Made by a program: the position numbers and the translations under genes. Shown here piece by piece: positions 14,601-26,632 of a stretch of DNA of 64,000 nucleotides. Below the pieces are notes generated by a model that was not told the origin of the DNA, searched no databases, and worked only from the letters and a program-made list of their open reading frames with translations. Each line of letters starts with the position of its first letter. The first letter of the stretch is position 1. Source of the DNA: Mantamonas sphyraenae STR306 (taxonomy: Eukaryota; Protista; CRuMs); assembly GCA_026936335.1 (NCBI GenBank), contig JAPMXV010000002.1:62001-126000 (forward strand), written 5' to 3'.

Positions 14601-16671
14601 GAGGAAGCGTCGAGCAGCAGCAAGAAGAGCAGTTCTGCGTCGACGGCAACGGCGGTGCCAATGGTGGCAGAGTTGTATGCACGCATGCATGCGGAACACC
14701 CGCTGATGGTGGACACCATGCAATCGCTGTTCAGCAACGTGGTGCATGCCTGTGCCCCGACGCCCGAGGAGGAATTCAAGCAGGTCCTGAAGATTTGCTC
14801 CGTGTGTGCGTGGATGCAGACACGCGTGAGGGCAGTGAAGCTGACGAGAGCGAGGAGCAGGTGGAGAACACAGAGGTGTTGGCAGCCTTGCATCGCATCT
14901 ACCACAGCTTCTTTACCCTGGGCGCAGCCATCGCGCAGGAGAGTGAGCATGAGGCGTACATTGCGTTTGTGGACACGTGGCAAGAACGCTTCGAAGAAGA
15001 TCTGGCCGTGGAGGCGGCAGGAGGATCGGGTGGCACTGGCGCAAGCAAGAAGAAGAAGAAGGGTGGACGTGGGGGAGGCGGTGGCGGCGGCGGCGGCGGG
15101 CGCGCAGGTGTGGCCAAGTACGGGGAGTTTGACGTCAAGTTGGACATGGAGCAGGTGATTGCAGTTGTGCAAGGCTGGATCGAAGACCTGGACACTTGGA
15201 TCAACACGAACCTGGAAGACATCCTGAACATCGAAACGATGAACGCAAAGCTGCTGCGTCTGCACACGGGCAACATCCTGATCCCTGGCCAATTTGTGGA
15301 CAACCAGAGGCCGGACGAGGCCAGCATGCAGTATGTGGACCGACTGCATGCAGCGATGCGTGTGGTGGACAACCGCGGCCACTCGTTCCGTCGCATCAGC
15401 TTCATTTCGAATGCAGGACGGTACAACCCGTTCCTGGTGGAGTTTTACACGAATGTGCTGGACAACCAAGAGGCGGCGCATGTGTACAACGACAGCAGCA
15501 TGGTGAAGCTGCTGCGCTTTGTGAACGGCATGATTGAGGCCAACGTGGAGGCGCGCAAGCGCAACGTCAGTCTGAAGCTGCCCGGGTACGAGCCGCTGCG
15601 ACACGACGCCATGCTGGTGACGGACGAAATCTCGTTTGTGACCATGGATGCCGTGTACGAAGACTACCTCATGCAGCAGCGCAAGCGAGGCACCGAGACA
15701 GTTCTGGTGAAGAAGAACGGCCAGTTGGTGAGCACGGACAGCCAGACGGCAAGTGGCGCCGACGCCATGGAGGAGGAGGACACAAGCCGTGGCAAGAAGA
15801 AGCAGAGCAAGAAGCAGGGCAAGAAGCAGAGCAAGAAGGGAAAGGAGGAAGAGGAAGCAGAAGAGACAGAGGAGGGCGAGGAGCAAACGCAGGTGAGCGA
15901 TGGAAGGTTGAAGCACGGCAAGCTGCTGCGGGCGGGTGAAAACAGGCTGTACGCATACCTGGAGGTGGTGAAGGAGGTGCCTGAGGACCTGCTGAGCAAG
16001 TATGTGTGCCGTGTGTTGCCGTCGCGCAACGACCTGTGGGTGTTTAAGCACCAGTTCTGCAACCACCTTGCAGTGACATCGATGATGTCGCACCTGTTGG
16101 CTGTGAACGACCGTGCGCCGCACAACCTTTTGTTTGCGCGTGGATCGGGCCGTGTGGCACACGCACACTTTCACAGCAAGTACGACAAGGACAACGGACT
16201 GCTGGTGCGTGACACGGTGCCTCTGCGCCTGACACGCAACATCTACCACTTTCTCAACCCGTATGCGGTCGACGGCTTGTACGCAAGCGTGGGTGGGGCC
16301 ACGGTGCAGGCGCTGGTCACACCCAAGGCGTACTTTGACCACTGCCTCAAGGTAATGCTGCGGGATGACATGAGCGCGTGGTACCGCAGCCAGCACGGGA
16401 CGGACGAGTTGGTGCAGCGTGGCGTGGATGCACTGGAGGAGGAGCTTGCGCCGGCGGTGGATGACAACGTGCAGGATGTGTTGGACCTGGTGAGCGCCTT
16501 GGCGCCATGCATCCAGGAGTCCAGCGATGGGTCGTGGCAAGGTGCCTCGTCGTCGTCGCCCACGGCACGCACCGACATGCTCATGAATGCGCAAGTGCAC
16601 AGACTGATGCAAGCAGTACCTCGGTGGAGAATCTGGCGCAGATGGATGCCACGTGGTGCGCCTGGTTGTGA
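2636..16671 (+). CDS. TRRAP: TRRAP/Tra1 PIKK-family pseudokinase (HEAT repeats, FAT, PI3K-like, FATC); intron 2700-3128; five apparent frameshifts (~6027, ~7681, ~9290, ~14790, ~16616)
   Basis: SFKVLLECPIIVVLLFQ, AAQVKTLSFLAY, LRPLAYSTLADLVHHVR, NYFLLLRALFRNIGGGKF, LFVELSLTVP, IIGKLGGRNR, NSPYREPL, WRSRLPNVWE and VPLRLTRNI. The FATC end TSVENLAQMDATWCAWL-stop is recovered in a shifted frame. Exon 1 MEVLPLAGNIQAYAKQFANTK splices in frame to DEKG. Confidence 0.95.
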
Positions 16672-16740
16672 TGAATGGTGTGGGAGGATGAATGAAGGAA
16701 ATTGCCTGTACTTGCCTGCTGTGAATGGTGATTTGGTGTT

Positions 16741-17838
16741 TTACTTTTTGGCCACGGCTGCCATGAACGAGTTGAGCTCACGCTCGGACGTCTCAAACTC
16801 TCCGAGGAGGTACTGTGTGGTGGTTGTGGCAGACACTTTGTTGACGCCGCGCATGGTCATGCACAGGTGGGTGGCTTCGATCATGACCACCACGCCACGC
16901 GGCTCCAACACCGAATTGATGGCCTCTGCAATCTGCTCTGTTAGGCGCTCCTGCACCTGCAGGCGGCGCGCGTACAACTCGGCAATGCGGGCGAACTTGC
17001 TCAAGCCCAGCACCTTGCCGTCAGGAAGATACCCCACGTGGCACACTGCAGATGAAGAATTGGGTGTGTGCAAGGGCATGGTGTGAGAGGGTTATACAAG
17101 GGGTGCTTGGGGTCATGGGTTACCCGGAAGGGGTTGGGGCAACGTGGATGGGATGGCAACGACACGACGAACCTCCAGTGAACGGAACCAAATGGTGCTC
17201 GCAAAGCGAGAAAATATCAATGTCTGCGGAGAGTTGGCAGTGGCCATGCGGATGAGTGTGCCAGGGGCGGAGTCAGCAATAGCCAATGAGCATGGGTGGG
17301 CGATGGTCAGGCAGGGACGACCGGACATGCGCGGCGGGAATCACTAGACGCACCTCGCACGACGACCATGCCCTTTGATTTCTCGTGAAACACAGCCTCG
17401 TTGAGAATGGTGTTGAGATCTTGCTTGTAGCCGTGTGTAAACGCCTTGAAGGCCTTGACGAAGCGTGCCGGAGTCTTTATCAGTCCTTCGCGGTCGAGAT
17501 CCTCGCCCACGCCGGCAATGAGCTCGCTGGCGGCTTCCTCCATCTTTGCTGTGAGTTTCTCGTCGTCCTCCTTGCTCCATCCGTCCTCCAGACGCTTGGT
17601 CAGAAGCTTAGGACGGGCGCTGCGACGAGTGTGGCGCACAGGCGGGTCAGTACGGTTGCGAAGGATTTCGGAGGTTGATTTCGAGAGCCGCGCCCGGTGG
17701 TGCGGCCGGGAATCGCACACGGGGCACACGAGGCGAATGGGGATTTCAGTGTAGGAGTGGATGTGGAGTGTGTGGTGCATGTAGGACGTACTTGAGATCG
17801 ACATCGAGCACCTCTTCACTCTGCTCGGTGGTGGACAT
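16741..17838 (-). CDS. GCH1: GTP cyclohydrolase I, about 4 exons
   Basis: [19 protein letters not shown]; a small exon [17 protein letters not shown] (~17175-17224); [35 protein letters not shown]; HLCMTMRGV. Confidence 0.95.
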
Positions 17839-17993
17839 CGTTGCTGTGGGTGGGCTTGCGCATGGAGAGGTGAATTGTGCACACGAAAGTGTGAGAGTGG
17901 GACAGGTGTTGGCTGGGAGGAAGGTATTGTGGGTGAGGAGGCTGTGGCAACTGGATGAAATGCGATGGACCAGGCAATCCAAACAACGCCAAC

Positions 17994-19424
17994 ATGGCAT
18001 CGACCGATGCAATGACCACACACACCCCAACGCCGGCCAAGGACAAAGAGACACAGGGCGAAGAGGGTAAAGAAGAGGGTGAGGTGGCCGAGGTGGCCGA
18101 GGTGGACGAGGTGACGGTGGAACTGGCGGAGGACGAGTCGTCGTCGACACTTGCCCAATCCGGGAAAACCGAAGATAGCTCGGTGGACAGTGACAACGAA
18201 AGCGAGGCATCGCTGGAGTCCCAGAAGAGCAGCGTACGTCATGGTAGGTTGCTCTTGGCGACGCCAGACTACTGGGTGGAAACACCTGTGGATGTGCTAC
18301 GTCGCGAGGAAAGCTCGCCTGCGCTGCGGAAGTTGGTGCGACTCCTGTCCTACACCGACGTGACGGTGGACGACAGCGTGGATGACGAGATGTACACATA
18401 CATGGAAGACGCAGAGAGCACCTTTGATTGGATCATGGTGGATTTCAACGGCAGGCACGGCCCCGTGTGTGTGCAGGTGAAAATCGTGCAAGAAGACAAC
18501 CTTGACGGGAGCGCAGAGGACATCGCATACATTCTGGTGCGCAAGGAAACGGGCAATCACATGCACAAGGTGGCAGTGGCAGACGTGGACAAGAGCTGGT
18601 GGCGCAAGTTGTTCAACGTGGCCCCTTCGCAGCTGCAGATCCTTCGCGCCGTGGATGAGACGCTGGAGGAGCAGTACGACGCGTTGAAGAGTGTGGAAGT
18701 GACGCCCGAGCTGTGCCATGCGTTGTCATCGATCAAACACACGGTGACGGAGAAGAAACTGTTCAAGGTGGGGGTCATGTACGCGAAAGTGGGCCAGGAC
18801 ACTGAAGCACTGCTGGCCAACAACGAGGGCTCGGCGCTGTGGACAGAGTTTCTGGACGTGTTGGGTGACACGGTGCCACTCAATGGGTTCCAAGGCTACA
18901 CGGGAGGGTTGGACAGGACGGAGGCGTGCAAGCATGGCACCCACACAGTGTCCTACGAGGACGAGAGCGGCCTGAAGATCGCCTTTCACGTCAGCACGAT
19001 GTTGCCCTTCCTTGAGGGCAAGCGACAGCAGCTGTATCGTAAACAACACATCGGCAACGACATTGTGGTGATTGTGTTCACGGAGGGGGGTGAAGGGGAG
19101 GTGCAACTGCCAGCGGATGTGATGCGCAGCAAACAGATCCACACCGTGATTGCCGTTCGACCCATCGAAGCACGTGAGGAGGGGCAAGGCACGCGGTATT
19201 GGGTGGAGTGTGCCAACCGCAACATCCTTGTGCCGTACGAACCATTCTCGCCCCAGGATGCGCTGAGCAAGGAGGAACTTGGGCCTTGGCTGCGCACAAA
19301 GATCCGAGAGGCCGAACTGGCCACATACCGTGTGGGCATTTACAAGAAGAAGAGTGTGCGGTACTGTGGCACACGTTTGACGTCGATTGTCCAGGAGCAG
19401 ATGGGGATGGAGAGCGACAGGTGA
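17994..19424 (+). CDS. Rap GTPase-activating protein (Rap-GAP domain)
   Basis: FKVGVMY, EFLDVLG, FQGYTGGLD, IAFHVSTMLPF and catalytic-Asn motif RKQHIGNDIVVIVF. Confidence 0.92.
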   Translation: MASTDAMTTHTPTPAKDKETQGEEGKEEGEVAEVAEVDEVTVELAEDESSSTLAQSGKTEDSSVDSDNESEASLESQKSSVRHGRLLLATPDYWVETPVDVLRREESSPALRKLVRLLSYTDVTVDDSVDDEMYTYMEDAESTFDWIMVDFNGRHGPVCVQVKIVQEDNLDGSAEDIAYILVRKETGNHMHKVAVADVDKSWWRKLFNVAPSQLQILRAVDETLEEQYDALKSVEVTPELCHALSSIKHTVTEKKLFKVGVMYAKVGQDTEALLANNEGSALWTEFLDVLGDTVPLNGFQGYTGGLDRTEACKHGTHTVSYEDESGLKIAFHVSTMLPFLEGKRQQLYRKQHIGNDIVVIVFTEGGEGEVQLPADVMRSKQIHTVIAVRPIEAREEGQGTRYWVECANRNILVPYEPFSPQDALSKEELGPWLRTKIREAELATYRVGIYKKKSVRYCGTRLTSIVQEQMGMESDR

Positions 19425-19544
19425 TTGTTGAAGAAGAAGGTGCGCTCGCCAATGCATTGCAACAATTTTTCCAACCCAGAAAGGTAACAAAAACCCATGC
19501 CCAAAGGCAGTGTTGTGTGATGAGAGAGTGTGTGTGCGCTGACC

Positions 19545-22500
19545 ATGTGGGTGCAGAGGATGAAGGTGTTTATGCAGATTGTGGGTACAGACTCTGTGGA
19601 CAGTAGTCCCGGGTTGATGCTGACTGTGGAGCAGCAAAAGTACTTGTTCAATGTGGGCGATGGCCTGCAACGGTTTGCTCTGCAGCACCATCTGCGCATC
19701 AAAAAGGCAGACACCGTGTTCCTGACACGCGTTCACTCTGCCACCACCGGCGGCCTTCCTGGTAGGTTGTATGCGCAAAGAGACCTGTGCGTGTGATTCC
19801 CATGTCTCTGTCCACATACACCGTGTGTGTTGCCAGAGACACAGTGGGTTGCGTGCAGCCTGAACTGGCCGCCGGTCCTTTCCCAGAAGGAGGGCGCCGA
19901 AGCACCAGAAAACACCTGCTCACACATCCACCCCCCGCCGGCACCACCTTCCCCCGTCCGCACACACGACACACATGACACACAGGCATGCTGTTGACTG
20001 TGAGCGACGCTGGTTCCAAGGGTCTGACAATCATGGGCCCACGAACGCTGTATCAATACGTGAAGAGCGTGCGCAACTTTGTCTGGCGTGATCAGACGCT
20101 GCTGCGGCTGCACGAGTGGATCGACACCAACGCAGGGTCCACAGGCATGGACAAGTCGATCGAGGGCGATGTGCAAACTGATCCACTGCGCTACCAGGAC
20201 AAGAATGTGGAGGTGGAGGCAGTGGTGCTCGATCCGCTGGCCAGCTCCACCAAGCCATCGGCATTGTTCCGCAACACAAACGATGGTGCAGTCGATGGGG
20301 GAATGGATGTGGAGGATACCACGTCGTCATCGTCGTCGTCCAACGACGTGCGTGAGGTGTCGGAGGACCCGTATTGGGTGCGTGGACCTTTGATCCGTCT
20401 GGGCCGAGTTAAGCGTGGGAGGCGAGCACCCGGGTCGTCGTGGACACGCAAGATGGACCTCATCCACCAGGTGACCGGTGCCACCGAAGCAATGGACAGT
20501 GACGAGGTGAAGGAAGTGTTTCATCGCATCATGGCCATGACGGAGCCGGAGCTGGAGGCGTACGAAGCAGAGGTGAATGGCCAGACGAAGCAGGAGGAAG
20601 GAGACGATGCCATGGAGACGGAAGAGACAGAGACAAGTGCAGGAGCAGAACAAGCAGAAGCAGGTGTGGACAATGCCAAGGTCAACTCGTTCACAGACAC
20701 AACCCTGCCGAGCACAGAGGAGATGGAATCGGAGGAGTACGAGCTGCAAAGCCTGTACCACCGCATGCCGAGCAGTGTGGAGGCAGGCGTGGAGCCGGCC
20801 ACCGAGAGTGTGTGCTACATCATTCGCACGCCTGCAATTGAAGGCAAGTTTGATGTGAAGAAGGCCAAGGAGCTTGGCGTGCCTGCAGGACCGTTGTTTG
20901 GCAAGCTCAAGTCGGGCAAGGATGTGACGCTGGAGGACGGGACGGTTGTGCAGGCGTCGCAGTGTGTGGTGCCGCCCAAGCCTGCGCCGCTGCTGATTGT
21001 GGTTGACTGTCCCACCATGGCCCACGTGAACGCACTGTGCAATGCGCCTCAGTGGGCCGAGCTGACTGCTGCCGCCTCGCCCGTGGCTGCTGTGTACCAC
21101 ATCACCCCTGTGGAAGTGTTGCGCAACCAGGCGTACCAAGAGTGGATGCACCAGTTTGACGGCAAAACACACCATGTGCTGTTGAACAGGGCGTGCAGCC
21201 AGCACGCAGTGTTTACCTCTGCGCAACAGTTCCAATTCAAGCTCAACGCCATCGACAGCGACATCTTTCCCCTGCTGGACTGCAATCCGGGTGCCGAGGG
21301 GTCGGACAACGAAATCGACGCCCAGCTGGGTGCCCAATTGCCGGCCTCGTGGATGTTGGGCGACCAGTTGCACTGTGTGCACGTGCAGCCCGTCAAGACG
21401 GCAGGTGTGGATGCAAGCGCATGCCGTGCCGCCTTCCAGGACGACGGTCAGAGCAGTGTGATGCAGGAATTGGCGTCCAACACACGCTTCCAGGCGGCGT
21501 TGGAACTGGGAGGGGCCACCACAGTGAATGGGACGGAACTGCGTGCAGAGATGAGCAGCGACGGAAGCGAAGAGTTTGAGCTTGCGTTCCTGGGCACAGG
21601 CGCAGCGGTGCCGTCCAAGTACCGAAATGTGACTGGCATGAGCATGCGTTTGTTGAACAGTGACACGGCACTGCTGTTGGACGCAGGCGAAGGCACGCTT
21701 GGACAGTTGCGTCGTTTGTATGGCTTGGATGGCGTCACACAGCTGCTGCGTCAACTGCGCTTGGTGTTTATCTCCCACATGCACGCCGACCACCATTTGG
21801 GGTTGATCCGTGTGTTGACCGAGCGTGCGCTGCTTACCGACGAACCCGTGTTTGTGGTTGCCCCCGTGCACTTTCGCACGTGGCTGCAGGAGTATTCGGC
21901 CATCCATCCCTTGCACTGGCGCTTTGTGGACTGCGACCTGCTCGATTACCGCCTGAGTGGAACGGACGAGGATGTGCCCACCGAGCTGCAGGATCAGCTG
22001 GGTGACCTGGACGACCTGCGTGCCCTCATGAAGTCCATGGGCATCGAATGGATGCGCACCGCACCCGTCATCCACATGCACAAGAGCTTTGGCGTCGTGC
22101 TCAAGCTGGCCAATTCGTCGTTCCAGCTGGCGTACAGTGGTGACACGCGACCATGCGCAGAGTTTATCGAGGCGGCCCAAGGCACCAAACTACTGCTGCA
22201 CGAGGCCACGTTTGAGGACGACCTGCAACTGGAAGCACTGGGCAAGTCACATGCCACCACCAAAGAGGCCATCCAGAGTGGTGTGGCCATGGGGGCCAAG
22301 CATATCCTGCTGACCCACTTCAGCCAGCGCTACCCCAAGATCCCCGTGTTTGACGAGCACTTTAGTGAACAGGTGGGCATTGCATGCGACTACATGGTCA
22401 TCCGCAACTCCTCCCTCAAGCGACTTCCCACCCTGCTTGCACCCATGGCATCGCTGTTTGACGAAGCCGAGCAGGAAGCCGATGAAGCGAGCAGCAGCAG

Positions 22501-22570
22501 CAGCAGCGGTGGTGGTGGTGGTGGTGGTGGCAATGCCGGCGGAGGGAAGAAGAAAAAAGGGAAGAAGTAA
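19545..22570 (+). CDS. ELAC2: Long-form tRNase Z (ELAC2/Trz1); intron ~19762-19986
   Basis: YLFNVGDGLQR, GGLPG|MLLT, exosite GVPAGPLFGKLKSG, FLGTGAAVPSKYRNV, LDAGEGT, His motif SHMHADHH, YSGDTRP, HEATF and LTHFSQRYPK. Confidence 0.95.
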
Positions 22571-22629
22571 AGCACATCGACTGCTGGGGTGCCTCTGTGC
22601 CTCTTGCCCAATGTGACACAAGTCAAACA

Positions 22630-23562
22630 ATGTCCTGGTTCTGGGGTTCGTCATCCAGCACAAAGACCAACGAGGGGGGCGAGAAGGAGGAGGTGGAGGA
22701 TGGAATGGGGGCGTGGGTTGGCAATGCACCCTCACGCACAGAGGAGCAGGAGGCCATGCTGCAAGAGTTGATGTCGCGTGTGGCGCCCATTGTGGAGCTG
22801 GACCCAAGCAAAGCGGATCGGCTGGGCGAAGCAGACGTGGCACGGTTCCTGCGTGCAAAGAAATACGACCTGCAGGGCGCCTTTATGCTGGTCATGAACT
22901 ACATCTCATGGTTGGACAAGGCCGACTATGGGGTGCAAAGTCCGTGTCACATCACGGCGGAAACGGTGGAAAACGAACTGGCGACGGGCAAAGCCACGCT
23001 GTGGGACGGGTACGACCTGTGTGGACGACCGGTGGTGCATGTCAAGGCACGTCTCCACGACAAGAACCAACGGGACATCGACGAGTTGACACGCTTCACC
23101 ATCTACATGCTGGATCAAGCGGTGGCAAGCATGGAAGCGTCTCCCGTGCCAGGCACAGAGACGGTGACCATTGTGTTTGACCTCAACGGCATCGGGAGCA
23201 GTGTGGACTACCAGTTTGTCAAACGACTGGTGTATGTGCTGAGCAAGTTCTACGTGGAACGTGCAGGGTTGTTGGTGCTCCTCAACAGCCCGGGGTTCTT
23301 CAGTGGCGCCTGGAGCATCATCCGAGGCTGGTTGGACGAAGTGACTGCCAACAAGGTTGTGTTTGCGTCCACCGACGACCTCCTCACCTACTTTCCCAAC
23401 GACAGTGTCCCCGCAGAGGTGTGGGAAGACGAACGCGTCGACACCCAGGACGATTCTGCACTCCTCGACCAACAGCAGGCTTTGGAGGCTGCTCAGAAGG
23501 AATTGGAGCAGGAGGAGAAGCAAATGGCAAAAGACAAGGGCGACGAAAAGGCGGAAGAGTGA
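22630..23562 (+). CDS. CRAL-TRIO/Sec14-family lipid-binding protein
   Basis: ARFLRAKKYD, GYDLCGRPV, IVFDLNG, YVERAGLLVLLNSPGFFSGAWSIIRGWLDEVTANKVVF. Confidence 0.9.
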   Translation: MSWFWGSSSSTKTNEGGEKEEVEDGMGAWVGNAPSRTEEQEAMLQELMSRVAPIVELDPSKADRLGEADVARFLRAKKYDLQGAFMLVMNYISWLDKADYGVQSPCHITAETVENELATGKATLWDGYDLCGRPVVHVKARLHDKNQRDIDELTRFTIYMLDQAVASMEASPVPGTETVTIVFDLNGIGSSVDYQFVKRLVYVLSKFYVERAGLLVLLNSPGFFSGAWSIIRGWLDEVTANKVVFASTDDLLTYFPNDSVPAEVWEDERVDTQDDSALLDQQQALEAAQKELEQEEKQMAKDKGDEKAEE

Positions 23563-23623
23563 CGAATGGATGGGGAGGAGGAAGGAAGGAAGGAGGAGGA
23601 AATAGTACAGAACCACATTGCCC

Positions 23624-24049
23624 TCACGCTGACCGTGTTTCGCTCTTTTGATGATCCTTGGGTGGTTTGATCCATCCTTCGTTCTCATCTGCACAGGTTT
23701 GTGGGTGTGTGGGTGCGTGTGAGCAGGGTCCAGGTGGGGGAAAGGGGTCGGCGAAGCAGGGGCAAGGTCTTGGGTGCTTTGGCACTCCCACACATGCACA
23801 GCGACCACATTGGGCACCAATGGCATTGGAATGGAGTGTGCACATGTGTCATGCGCGTGTTGGGTGTGGTTTCGTGTGACTGTGTGTGTGTGTGTACGTA
23901 CGCTGTGCAAGCTTGTCGTCGAGCCACCTCTCGACCCCCACGGCCGTGGCGACCCCGCCAGCGAGTGAAACGACAGAAACCAGAGCCCTGGTGGTTGTGG
24001 ACCACGGAGGAAGAAAGTACTCTGGGGCCGGTGGGCGGATGCGCTGCAT
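23624..24049 (-). CDS. Putative two-exon ~70-aa single-pass membrane microprotein (exons 24049-23902 and 23688-23624)
   Basis: GTACGT donor at 23901 and TGCAG acceptor at 23689 are phase-compatible. The joined product is MQRIRPPAPEYFLPPWSTTTRALVSVVSLAGGVATAVGVERWLDDKLAQHENEGWIKPPKDHQKSETRSA. It fills the only large gap in this region. Confidence 0.6.
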
Positions 24050-24102
24050 GGGAATGCGAGGTGGTTGGGGGCAACTGCGCGCACGTCAGGTCAAGCTTGC
24101 CG

Positions 24103-25233
24103 ATGACAACCAAGGTGCAGCAGTACAAACTGGTGCTTCTGGGAGAAAGTGCCGTGGGCAAGTCCTCTCTGGTGCTGAGGTGAGTGTGTGTGCATTGGTG
24201 CTGTTGGTTCTGCATTGGAGGACCCACGGCCGGGTGTGTGGAGACGGAAACCTTCCACACACTCGACACACAACCACTTACACAACACACACAACACACA
24301 CACACACACACACATGCAGATTCGTCAAGGGCCAGTTCTACTTTGCGCAGGAGTCTACCATTGGGGGTGAGTGGCACAGGAGAGCGAGGGCGGGCGAGGG
24401 AGAGCGGGGAGGCAGGGAATGGCGGTTGGAGTTTGGCTTGGATTTGCCAAAGGCGCTGACACAGGAAGGAAACGTCGACACGGAACCTCAGCTGCGTTTT
24501 TGACGCAAACGGTGCCGCTTACAGACACCACAGTCAAGTTTGAAATCTGGGACACAGCGGGACAGGTGAGGGAGCCGGAGGCAGGGAAGGGAATTGCAGG
24601 TGGGACGGGAAGAGCGGCACGCCAGACTGACACACACGCACACACACACAACGTGGACACACAGGAACGATACCATTCGTTGGCCCCCATGTATTACCGA
24701 GGGGCGGCAGCAGCCATTGTCGTGTTTGACATCACAAGCAAGGTGTGTTTCCTTCCAGGGTGGCCGGGGGGACGTTGATTCCACGACGCAGGACGATGAA
24801 CTGACACAGACTGGTGGGGCACACACCATCCACTCGGGCATTGGACACATGCGTTGGGGCGGGTGCGCGGGGGGGTGGGTTGTGTTGGATATGGTGCCAT
24901 GGACAGGATTCGTATGTGCGTGCGCAGGCGTGGGTTAAGGAGCTGCAGAACGCGTGTGGGACAAGCATGGTGATTGCATTGGCAGGAAACAAGGTGGATT
25001 TGGCATCAGAGCGCAAGGTGGACACAGAGACGGCAGCAGCATATGCCGAGGAAAAGGGACTGGTGTTTATGGAAACCAGTGCCAAGGAAAGCACGAATGT
25101 CTCTGAGATTTTCGAGGCCGTCGCGCGCAAGCTGCCCAAGGGGGGCAAGAGCAAGAGCAACGCTAATGGCAGTGGCTCGGGTGGCATTATCATCAAGAGT
25201 GAGAAGGAGAAGAAGGGAGGGTGCTGTGCGTGA
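24103..25233 (+). CDS. RAB5: Rab5-family small GTPase, 5 exons
   Basis: [19 protein letters not shown]|FVKGQF, QESTIG|[12 protein letters not shown]|[25 protein letters not shown] and a C-terminal CCA prenylation motif. Confidence 0.95.
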
Positions 25234-25271
25234 ATGCACCGTTGTTGTTGTGGTTGTGGTTGTTGCTGTTG

Positions 25272-26632
25272 TCAGGCCTTCTTGCGCGCCTGTGCGTCCT
25301 CCCAGAACTTGATCAAAACTCATACTCCAGTGGGATGCTATGGTGGCAATCCTGTAGCATGTCCATGTGTGGGAGGATCACATGCAGTTGTTCCACTGTC
25401 TTTGAGCGAAAAACACTCGTGTTGTCAAACTTCAGAGACGTCAGCGTCGGAATCTGCTCGCACATCTCCATCAGGTTCCGGTCATTGATGGTTGAGTTAA
25501 ATCCAATGTCCAAATGCTCCAAACTGTGCCAGGGTCCCAACTCCTGAATCACGTTCGCCGGTTTGATGCGCCCGTTGTACCCGTAGTCTGTGTCCAGCCC
25601 ACGCAGGCTCAACCACCGCATTTTGGAAGCCAGTGGCCCCAGTGCGCCTTTCAAGACGGATTCTGAGCACTGGTAGGTGTTGATTTTCTCCAGGTTGAGC
25701 TTGGTGAGGTTGGGGAAGCGGAGAGGAATCGCCTCGAGAAACTGCTGGGTGCTCCCAATGCCCGTCAGATCCAGGTCCGTGAGAGACGGGCATTCCCAAA
25801 CATCTGCTTTCAGCGCCAACGACGCCCATCCCCTGGACCAATCGCCAAACGAGCATGTGTGCAGAACGAGGGTGTGCAGAGAGGACGCCTTGCGCAGCAG
25901 CGTGTTCAGACCAGACGTCCAATCCGATGAAGGTTTGGCAAATGAATACTGATCATTGTCGGCACCGGTGAATGACAGGTCCAGGATCTCCAGAAACTCA
26001 CAGTCGGCCAGTTTGGACAGAAAACCTGCAGACATCGGCACGTACGCCACCCGAATCTCACGCAGGTGGTCTCCACAAATGTCCTTCAGTGTCGTTCCAT
26101 TCAGTTTCTTGCATCCCGAAATGTCCAACACTCGCAGCTGCTTCATGTTTGCTGCAATGACCCCCAGCTGTGCGTCCGTGATCGGTGTCCCACTCACATC
26201 CAGGTGCACCACATTCGGACAGTTCTCCAACAACTCGATGATCCTTGGTCCCGTCAGCTTCCTGCACCGTCGCATCCGAATGTCCTGAAGCTGGTTGCAC
26301 CCGTCTTCAAAGCTGTTGATCATCTGCTGGTACACCTCCAGCACCTCGTCCGTGTCCTTGTCTTTGATGATCAGCTGCTGGTTGGGCAGCCACAGTTCTG
26401 GGTTATAAACAGCGTCGTACAGTGTCCAGCACACCATGGCACACCGCACACGCTCTTTCAGAGGCAGGAAACGCAGGAACTTCCACCAACACTTCCACCG
26501 GCACCTCACCAGCGGAGAAGGCTTCTCCGGGTCAAACACATACGGTTCCTCCTCTTCCTCCCGCACGTCTCCTTCACTCGTCTCTGTGGAGGCGTGCTGC
26601 ATGAGCCTGGAGGGTTTTGTTTGGCGAACCAT
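25272..26632 (-). CDS. F-box/LRR protein, copy A (compensating indels in the F-box; 1-nt frameshift near the C-terminus)
   Basis: FLPLKERVRCAMVCWTLY F-box tail and Cys-containing LRRs (LRVLDISGCKKL). The C-terminus EVLIKFWEDAQARKKA-stop is recovered in a shifted frame by comparison with copy B. Confidence 0.85.
25974..26549. repeat. Near-identical segment shared by the F-box/LRR paralogs (matches 27453-28028; its 26112-26549 part also matches 48039-48476)
   Basis: Direct nucleotide comparison shows only scattered mismatches over ~575 nt. Confidence 0.95.

Noticed and set aside
10212-14747. 1511-aa antisense ORF, and similar long antisense ORFs at 40447-44211, 28334-30985 and 50668-52566
   Set aside because: Shadow frames of GC-rich genes (TRRAP, AQR, EML, CM1). 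They have no recognisable motifs and show the typical antisense composition.
2636-16671. TRRAP as a pseudogene or as several genes
   Set aside because: All domains are present in order with conserved motifs, and the breaks are isolated small indels also seen in many neighbouring genes.
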